Shown here in pieces: positions 58,155 through 64,000 of a DNA stretch of 64,000 bases (position 1 is the first letter of the stretch; the number at the start of each line of letters is the position of its first letter). The notes below the pieces were generated by a model. It was not told the DNA's origin and did no database searches. It saw only the letters and a list, made by a program, of their open reading frames with translations. This DNA comes from Hyalangium minutum (GTDB taxonomy: Bacteria; Myxococcota; Myxococcia; Myxococcales; Myxococcaceae). The stretch is from assembly GCF_000737315.1 (NCBI RefSeq), contig NZ_JMCB01000012.1:1-64000 (forward strand). The letters run 5' to 3'. A program made the position numbers and the translations under genes.

Positions 58155-58868
58155 GTGCCGATCTACCTGCTCGATCCCGATGATCCGGAGGCCTTTCCTC
58201 CGCCCGAGAAGGCCCACCGCAGCGGTGTGGTCGCGGTGGGAGGGGATCTGCGGCCGGAGCGCCTGCTGGCGGCGTACTCGCGCGGCATCTTCCCCTGGCC
58301 GTCCGAGGGACAGCCGCTGATGTGGCACTCGCCGGATCCGCGCTTCGTGCTGGAGCCGGCCAAGCTCCACGTGGGCCGCAGCCTGCGCAAGACGCTCAAG
58401 GCGGGCACCTATGAGGTGCGCTACGACACGGCGTTCGCGGACGTCATTGCCGCGTGCTCGGAGGCGCCTCGGCCGGGGCAGAACGGCACGTGGATCACGG
58501 ACGACATGCGCGACGCGTACACCACGCTGCACCGGCTGGGCTTCGCGCACTCGATTGAGTCCTGGCAGGACGGCAAGCTGATGGGAGGCCTCTACGGGGT
58601 GTCGCTGGGCGCGGCCTTCTTTGGCGAGAGCATGTTCGCGCGAGGGCCGGATGCCTCGAAGGTGGCCTTCGTCACGGCGGTGGAGCGCTTCCACGAGTGG
58701 GGTTTCCACTTCGTGGACTGCCAGGTGGAGACCGAGCACCTGGCCCGGTTCGGCGCGGAGCACTGGCCTCGCCGCCGCTTCCTCACGGCGCTGGCTCGGG
58801 CGCTGGAGGAGCCCACCCGCCGCGGTCCGTGGACCGTCAGCCCCGCTCAGGGGGAGCCGGCCTCATAG
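58155..58868 (+). CDS. aat: leucyl/phenylalanyl-tRNA--protein transferase
   Basis: AVGGDL.PERLLAAYSRGIFPW, WHSPDPR, TWIT, AHSIE.W, GGLYGV.LG..FFGESMF, DASKVA, DCQ..T.HL. Confidence 0.96.
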   Translation: MPIYLLDPDDPEAFPPPEKAHRSGVVAVGGDLRPERLLAAYSRGIFPWPSEGQPLMWHSPDPRFVLEPAKLHVGRSLRKTLKAGTYEVRYDTAFADVIAACSEAPRPGQNGTWITDDMRDAYTTLHRLGFAHSIESWQDGKLMGGLYGVSLGAAFFGESMFARGPDASKVAFVTAVERFHEWGFHFVDCQVETEHLARFGAEHWPRRRFLTALARALEEPTRRGPWTVSPAQGEPAS

Positions 58869-59389
58869 AGGTAGATGCGGGTGCGGTACAGGTCCTCCAC
58901 CTGAAGGGTGCGCACGGGAGTCCATCCTCGGAGCGCGAAGGTGTGGCTGAGGATGGGGGTGCGAGGCGCCAGCTCCGCGAGCAGCTTGGGCGCGAGCTGC
59001 GCCATGGCACCAGGAAAGAGGTAGCAGACGACGAGCGACGCGCCCGAGAACGAGGCGCGGAAGAAGTCCTGCCGCCGCAGCTCGAGGTTGGGGCGTGGAG
59101 AGAGGCGCTGCCGCAACCAGCAAAAGGCCCAGGGCAGCGGGGACAGCTCGTAGGCGACCACCTTCGCGCGAGGGCAGCGGTCCGCGAGCGCGAAGGCCAG
59201 CGTCCCCCACCCCGCGCCGAGCTCGAGGATGGTGCCCTCCTGTTCGGGCTTCACCAGAGGCAGCAGCTGCCGGCGGACTGCACCCAGGGTGGGCATGGGG
59301 GAGATGCCGGTCCGAAGCGTGTAGACGACGATGGACAGCATCCCCCCGAGGAGGAGCGCCAGCAGGAGCAGAACGAGCGCCCCGGTCAC
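58847..59389 (-). CDS. class I SAM-dependent methyltransferase
   Basis: N-terminal TM; ISPMPT, LELGAGWG, YELSP, DFF, VVCYLFPGAM. Confidence 0.88.
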   Translation of the reverse strand: MTGALVLLLLALLLGGMLSIVVYTLRTGISPMPTLGAVRRQLLPLVKPEQEGTILELGAGWGTLAFALADRCPRAKVVAYELSPLPWAFCWLRQRLSPRPNLELRRQDFFRASFSGASLVVCYLFPGAMAQLAPKLLAELAPRTPILSHTFALRGWTPVRTLQVEDLYRTRIYLYEAGSP

Positions 59390-60192
59390 TTCGTGGGAGC
59401 TCCGCGCTTGCGCTTCCCAGGCTTCTCGGGAGTCTCGGGAGTCAAGCCCACGCCCGCGTCCACGGGCCCGGTGCCCGCATCGGGCGCAACCTCGGGCACG
59501 TCGAGCTGCACGCGGTCTTCCAAGGGGACGCGGCCCACGGACTGGCGGAACAGCTCCCAGAGCGCACGCCGATGGTTCTGAGGCGAGGCCTTCCCCTGGA
59601 GCACGAGCCCCGCGCCGCTGTAGCGGGCCTCCAGCCCCAGCTCCTTCAAGCCGGTATTGAGGAGGGAGAGCTGCTCCTGGAGCACGGGGAGCTCGAAGGT
59701 GAGGTCCAGCTCTCGTCCCAGCCAGGCATCCGTCTGGAAGAGGGCCAGGAGCGCCTTCCGGCAGGCCGAGTCCTTCACGGTGGCAACCAGCGAGCGCTCG
59801 GTGCCCTCGTTCACCTGGAGTCCGGGACAGGCCTTCTTCGCGGCGGCCAGCTGCTCGGGCGCAGTCTCAAGCGCTGCTCGGACGCCCTTCGCGGTCACGG
59901 CCAGGCGCCAGACGCCGAACTTGCCCTCGGCATAGAGCAGCAGGAGGGTGCGGCCGGGGCGCAGGCCGGTGACGAGCAGCTCATTGCTGCCCGGGAGCAC
60001 CTCCACGGTGGCGACCGAGGGGTCTTCCACCTCGATCCACTCGACGGCGGAGAGCTTATGAAACCGTTCAGTCCCGGTCTCCAGGGAGAAGACGAGGTCC
60101 ACCGGCCACGCGAGGGCGCTGGCGGGAAGAAGCAGGAGGGTGGCGAGCAGGACGGCTCCCCGCCCCGCCCAGAAGGACACAGGTGCGGCCAT
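59386..60192 (-). CDS. secreted protein with pilus-formation N-terminal (CpaC/RcpA-N-like) domain
   Basis: ATG 60192; signal peptide; VEDPSVATVEV...ELLVTGLRPGRTLLLLY; no secretin domain. Confidence 0.7.
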   Translation of the reverse strand: MAAPVSFWAGRGAVLLATLLLLPASALAWPVDLVFSLETGTERFHKLSAVEWIEVEDPSVATVEVLPGSNELLVTGLRPGRTLLLLYAEGKFGVWRLAVTAKGVRAALETAPEQLAAAKKACPGLQVNEGTERSLVATVKDSACRKALLALFQTDAWLGRELDLTFELPVLQEQLSLLNTGLKELGLEARYSGAGLVLQGKASPQNHRRALWELFRQSVGRVPLEDRVQLDVPEVAPDAGTGPVDAGVGLTPETPEKPGKRKRGAPTK

Positions 60193-60246
60193 CGGGCCTC
60201 CGCCAAAGTGGTGTGACCCCTTAGCACAGGTTAAGAAGGGGGCTCC

Positions 60247-61623
60247 ATGCCTACCTGGGCCCTGTGGGCCACCTGCTTGGCCCTCTGCTTCCTTCGTGCG
60301 CTCGTGGCTGCCGCCGAGTCCGCGCTCTATGGCACCTCTGACCTGCGCGCCCAGGAGCTGGCGGAGTCGAACGGCGCCTCGGGGAAGCGGGTGCTGCGCC
60401 ACAAGACCGAGCGCGAGGCCGCTGCCACGGCGCTGCGCCTGGGGAGCGTGCTCTCCGGCTTCCTGGCTGCGGCGATTGCCACCCTCACGCCGCTGCGGCT
60501 GCTGAACTTCACCGAACTGGTCGAAGGGGAGGATGGGTGGCTGCGGGTGGCCACGGTGACGGCGGGGGCGCTCTTCGTGGGCGTGCTGGCCAGCCTGATG
60601 GAAGTAACGATGCGCGGCCTGGCCAATGCGGGGCCGGATCGCTGGGCGCTGCGGCTGTCGTGGCTGGTGTCCGGGCTGGTGTTCCTCCTCTACCGGCCGA
60701 TGCGCGTGCTGTTGAGCGTGCTCAATCTGGTAGCAAAGACGTTCGGCCGCACGCTGCGCTTCGAGCCTCCGCCTCCGCCCCTGGAGGAGCTGGAGAAGCT
60801 GCTGGCCGCGCAGGCGGCGAACAACGAGGTGGACAAGAGCGCGCCGCAGCTCATTCGCTCCATCTTCGAGCTGTCCGACAAGCGCTGCCGGGACGTGATG
60901 GTGCCGCGCACGGACGTCATCACGGTGGACATCTCCACGCCGCCCACCGAGGTGCTGCGGCTGCTGGCGGAAGAGAACCACTCGCGCATCCCCGTGTACC
61001 GGGATGACGTGGACCACATCGTCGGGGTGCTGCACGCGAGAGATCTGATTCCGCTGCTCCAGCACCCGGAGCTGATCGTCTTGCAGGATGTGATTCGCCC
61101 GGCGAACTTCGTGCCGTGGATGAAGCCGATTGGCGACTTGCTGCGGGAGATGCAGAAGAAGCGCATCCACATGGCGATGGTGGTGGACGAGTACGGCGGC
61201 TTCATGGGGGTGGTGACGCTGGAGGACATCCTCCGGGAGATCGTCGGCGACATCGGCGACGAGTTCGAGGAGGTGGAGAAGCAGGTGGAGAAGCAGGCCG
61301 ACGGCACCTTCCTGGTGGACGCCTCCATGGAGGTGGAGCAGTTCACGCAGAGCTTCGGCTTCGAGCTGCCCGAGGGAGACTTCGACACGCTGGGCGGCTT
61401 CCTGTCGTCCTTGGCGGGCCACCTGCCGGACGTGGGCGAGCGCTTCACCTACGGCGGCTGGCAGTTCACCGTGGCGGCGAAGGAAGGCGCGCGTATCGAC
61501 CGAGTGCGCGTGGCCAAGCTCAAGCCATCGACGAATTCTCCCAAGGAGACCAAGGGAGACGGGCGCGCCGAAGCGGCCTCCGGAGACGGGCGCCCGGACG
61601 CGCCGCCTGCACCCAAGCCCTGA
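60247..61623 (+). CDS. hemolysin-family / CNNM-CBS-CorC protein
   Basis: AAAESAL, TM helices, RDVMVPRTD, HSRIPVY, AMVVDEYGG..GVVTLEDIL.EIVGDI.DE, DTLGGF. Confidence 0.92.
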   Translation: MPTWALWATCLALCFLRALVAAAESALYGTSDLRAQELAESNGASGKRVLRHKTEREAAATALRLGSVLSGFLAAAIATLTPLRLLNFTELVEGEDGWLRVATVTAGALFVGVLASLMEVTMRGLANAGPDRWALRLSWLVSGLVFLLYRPMRVLLSVLNLVAKTFGRTLRFEPPPPPLEELEKLLAAQAANNEVDKSAPQLIRSIFELSDKRCRDVMVPRTDVITVDISTPPTEVLRLLAEENHSRIPVYRDDVDHIVGVLHARDLIPLLQHPELIVLQDVIRPANFVPWMKPIGDLLREMQKKRIHMAMVVDEYGGFMGVVTLEDILREIVGDIGDEFEEVEKQVEKQADGTFLVDASMEVEQFTQSFGFELPEGDFDTLGGFLSSLAGHLPDVGERFTYGGWQFTVAAKEGARIDRVRVAKLKPSTNSPKETKGDGRAEAASGDGRPDAPPAPKP

Positions 61624-61630
61624 TCCAGTC

Positions 61631-62110
61631 TCACTCCAGCATCGGCTCGGGAGGTGGCAGCCAGGGCAGCTCCATCGTGCGCTCCACAAGGAACGTTGCC
61701 CGGCGCTCCGTCCGGGGCCCATAGCGCAGCAACACCCCACCGCTCAGCCGCACCTGATGGTGCAGATGGGACACGCCCCCCGCAGTCCCTTGGCTCACCA
61801 GCGGGAAGGACACCTCCAGCGCCCGTGGCACTCCATCCTCGCCCAGCCCCACCTCCACCTGCTGCAGCCCCACGGCCAGCCTCCGCCCGTCCACCGCCAG
61901 CTCGAAGTCCACGCCGGTGATCAACGCCAGGTCCGAGGTGGGATTGCGCACCTCGAGCTTCAGCGTGAGCAACCCCGAGCCATCCGGCGCAAAGCGCACA
62001 TCCAGCGCCTCCACCCGCACCGCTGTCTCATAGGCGTGGGGCTGCCAGGGCACCCCACGGCACCCGGCCACCAGCACCAAGCCCAGGGCCACCCCAAGGG
62101 CGCGCATCAT
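61631..62110 (-). CDS. LEA type 2-like lipoprotein
   Basis: ATGA overlap; lipobox LVAG-C; LEVRNPT...VDFELAVDG. Confidence 0.8.
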   Translation of the reverse strand: MMRALGVALGLVLVAGCRGVPWQPHAYETAVRVEALDVRFAPDGSGLLTLKLEVRNPTSDLALITGVDFELAVDGRRLAVGLQQVEVGLGEDGVPRALEVSFPLVSQGTAGGVSHLHHQVRLSGGVLLRYGPRTERRATFLVERTMELPWLPPPEPMLE

Positions 62111-63024
62111 CCTCCCAACAGGGGCCGCAGCGCCTCCACCGTGAGCGGCCACCCGGCGCGCTGCGCCAGGGTCTCGAGCGCCTTGATGAACTCCGCCGCC
62201 GTCTGGAACCGCTTCGCCCGGTCCGCGAAGAGCGCCTTGCGCACCAGCTGCACCGAGTAGTCCGGCAGCCCCAGGTTGAGCGAAGACAGCAGCGGCACCC
62301 GCGCGTCCCTCACCTTGAGCGCCAGCTCCGCCTCACCCGTCTCGCCATACAGCCGCCGGTTGGCGAACAGCTCCCAGAGGATGATGCCCACCGCGTACAG
62401 GTCCGTGCGCGTGTCCACCGGCTGCCCCAGCACCTGCTCCGGGCTCATGTACGCCATGGTGCCGCGCATCGCGCCCGCCTCGCCCTGCATCATCCCCTCT
62501 ACCTCGGCCACGCCGAAGTCCGTGAGCTTCACATCCCCCTGCACGCTCAGCAGGATGTTGTTGGGGTTCACGTCCCGGTGGATGATGTTCGCCCCGTTCT
62601 CCCCCACCTTCGCGCGGTGCAGGTAGTCCAGCGCCTTGAGCACGCACCAGGCGATGTAGCAGGAGGCCTCGGGCGGCATGGACGTACCCACCTGCCGCAG
62701 CAGCCCCTGCATGAACCCCAGGGTCCGGCCGCTCACCAGCTCCTGCACCATCAGGTAGTCCTGGCCCGCCTTGAACAGGCGGAAGGTGCGGACGATGTTC
62801 GGGTGGCGCAGGCGCACCGTGAGCTTCGCCTCATCCACGAAGGACTTCACGTACGCCGCATCCGCCCGGAACGAGGGATGCAGCCGCTTGAGCACCACCT
62901 CCTCGGGCTCTCCCGGGGAGCGCTGCGTCGTGGCCTTGGCGCGCGCTTGGTACACCTCGGCCATTCCGCCCACGGCGAGACGGCCGACGACTTCGTACCC
63001 TCCTAACTCCTGCGCTTCCGCCAC
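62107..63024 (-). CDS. cytoplasmic Ser/Thr protein kinase (kinase domain only)
   Basis: LAVGGMAEV, VVLKR, HRDVNPNN, DFGVA, YMSPEQ. Confidence 0.92.
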   Translation of the reverse strand: MAEAQELGGYEVVGRLAVGGMAEVYQARAKATTQRSPGEPEEVVLKRLHPSFRADAAYVKSFVDEAKLTVRLRHPNIVRTFRLFKAGQDYLMVQELVSGRTLGFMQGLLRQVGTSMPPEASCYIAWCVLKALDYLHRAKVGENGANIIHRDVNPNNILLSVQGDVKLTDFGVAEVEGMMQGEAGAMRGTMAYMSPEQVLGQPVDTRTDLYAVGIILWELFANRRLYGETGEAELALKVRDARVPLLSSLNLGLPDYSVQLVRKALFADRAKRFQTAAEFIKALETLAQRAGWPLTVEALRPLLGG

Positions 63025-63057
63025 GATGTGGAGCCTAACGTGCCTGCTCTCGCCCGA

Positions 63058-64000
63058 CTATTCCTTGAGCAGGGATGTGAAGAGACTTTCATACCGCCGT
63101 GCCGAGGACGTCCAGGAGAAATCCCGCTGCATGCCCCGGCGCCGGAACCCTTCCAGCCGGGATGGATCCGCGTAGAGCGCCTGCGCCCGCCGCATGGCCG
63201 CCAGCATCGCCGCCGGATGGAAGGCCTCGAAGAGGATGCCGTTGCCCTCCAGCCCTCCCTCCACCGTGTCCACCAGCCCTCCCGTGGCCCGGACGATGGG
63301 CACCGTTCCATACTTCAGAGAATACATCTGATTCAGCCCACACGGCTCGTACCGGCTGGGCATCAGGAAGAAGTCCGCCCCCGCCTCCACCAGGTGTGAG
63401 AACCCCTTGTGGAACCCGATGTAGACGCCCACCTGCTTTGGGAAGCGCGCCTGGAGCGCCCGCAGGCCCTCCTCGTACTGCCCCTCGCCGCTGCCAATCG
63501 CCACGAAGCGGATGTCCGACTGGAGCGCCACCGGCATCACCTCCAGCAGCAAGTCGATGCCCTTCTGGTACGCCAACCGGCTGACGATGCCGAACACCGG
63601 CGCATCCGTCTCCTCCAGCCCCGACTCCTTCAGCAGGGTCCGCTTGCAGGCCGCTTTCCCCGTCATCTCCTCCGGGGTGTAGCGCGCCGGGATCAGGGTG
63701 TCCTGGGCCGGATCCCACTCGTGCGTGTCGATGCCGTTGAGGATGCCCACCAGCCGCCCATGCTGCCGGCGCAGCAACCCTTCCAGGTTGCAGCCCGCCT
63801 CCGGCGTCTGGATCTCCTTGGCATAGGTGGGCGACACGGTGGTGATGGCGTCCGCGAACGTCAGGCCCGCCTTGAGGAAGTTCACCGTGTCGTAGAACTC
63901 GATACCGTCGTGGGCGTTGAACAAGTCCCACGGCAGCCCCAGCTCGCCCATGATGTCCTTCCTGAACTGCCCCTGGTAGGCCAGGTTGTGGATGGTCATC
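63058..64000 (-). CDS. glgA: glycogen synthase, 3' part (5' end beyond the window)
   Basis: TIHNLAYQG, NFLKAGL..ADAITTVSPTYA.EI, GILNGID, SRLAYQKG, FLMPSRYEPCGLNQMY..KYGT.PIVR.TGGL.DTV. Confidence 0.95.
   Translation of the reverse strand, partial: MTIHNLAYQGQFRKDIMGELGLPWDLFNAHDGIEFYDTVNFLKAGLTFADAITTVSPTYAKEIQTPEAGCNLEGLLRRQHGRLVGILNGIDTHEWDPAQDTLIPARYTPEEMTGKAACKRTLLKESGLEETDAPVFGIVSRLAYQKGIDLLLEVMPVALQSDIRFVAIGSGEGQYEEGLRALQARFPKQVGVYIGFHKGFSHLVEAGADFFLMPSRYEPCGLNQMYSLKYGTVPIVRATGGLVDTVEGGLEGNGILFEAFHPAAMLAAMRRAQALYADPSRLEGFRRRGMQRDFSWTSSARRYESLFTSLLKE

Noticed and set aside
60193-61740. N-terminal extension of the 784-aa ORF 59386..61740
   Set aside because: Antisense to the CBS/CorC gene; only 59386..60192 looks like a real secreted protein.

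Overview
GC-rich myxobacterial (Cystobacterineae-like) chromosome segment; no rRNA, tRNA, CRISPR array, integrase or transposase is visible. The backbone holds the mts cell-cohesion genes (VWA/TSP3 lipoproteins mtsB-F at 1.8-11.0 kb, mtsA-like at 34.2-36.5 kb). It also holds a divergent Glt-like (gliding/spore-coat machinery paralogue) operon at 36.7-48.4 kb, a two-component/radical SAM patch, and housekeeping genes (aat, CBS/CorC, kinase, glgA). About 23 kb of accessory DNA separates mtsA from mtsB. The best candidate for an undescribed system lies inside it (12.9-22.5 kb): a type III secretion substrate-like cassette with no apparatus genes in the window. It encodes two DUF1521/MIIA autocleavage-domain proteins, each followed by a SycD/LcrH-like TPR chaperone, a signal-peptide-less EF-hand Ca-binding protein, two paralogous small unknown proteins and a 71-aa needle-subunit-like protein. 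A 16-bp pseudo-palindrome (TAC..N8..GGTA) lies upstream of six transcription units in the insertion, including a lower-GC Ser/Thr kinase-STAND/PEGA/Cys-repeat module. All family assignments come from motif recognition by eye; no database search was run.
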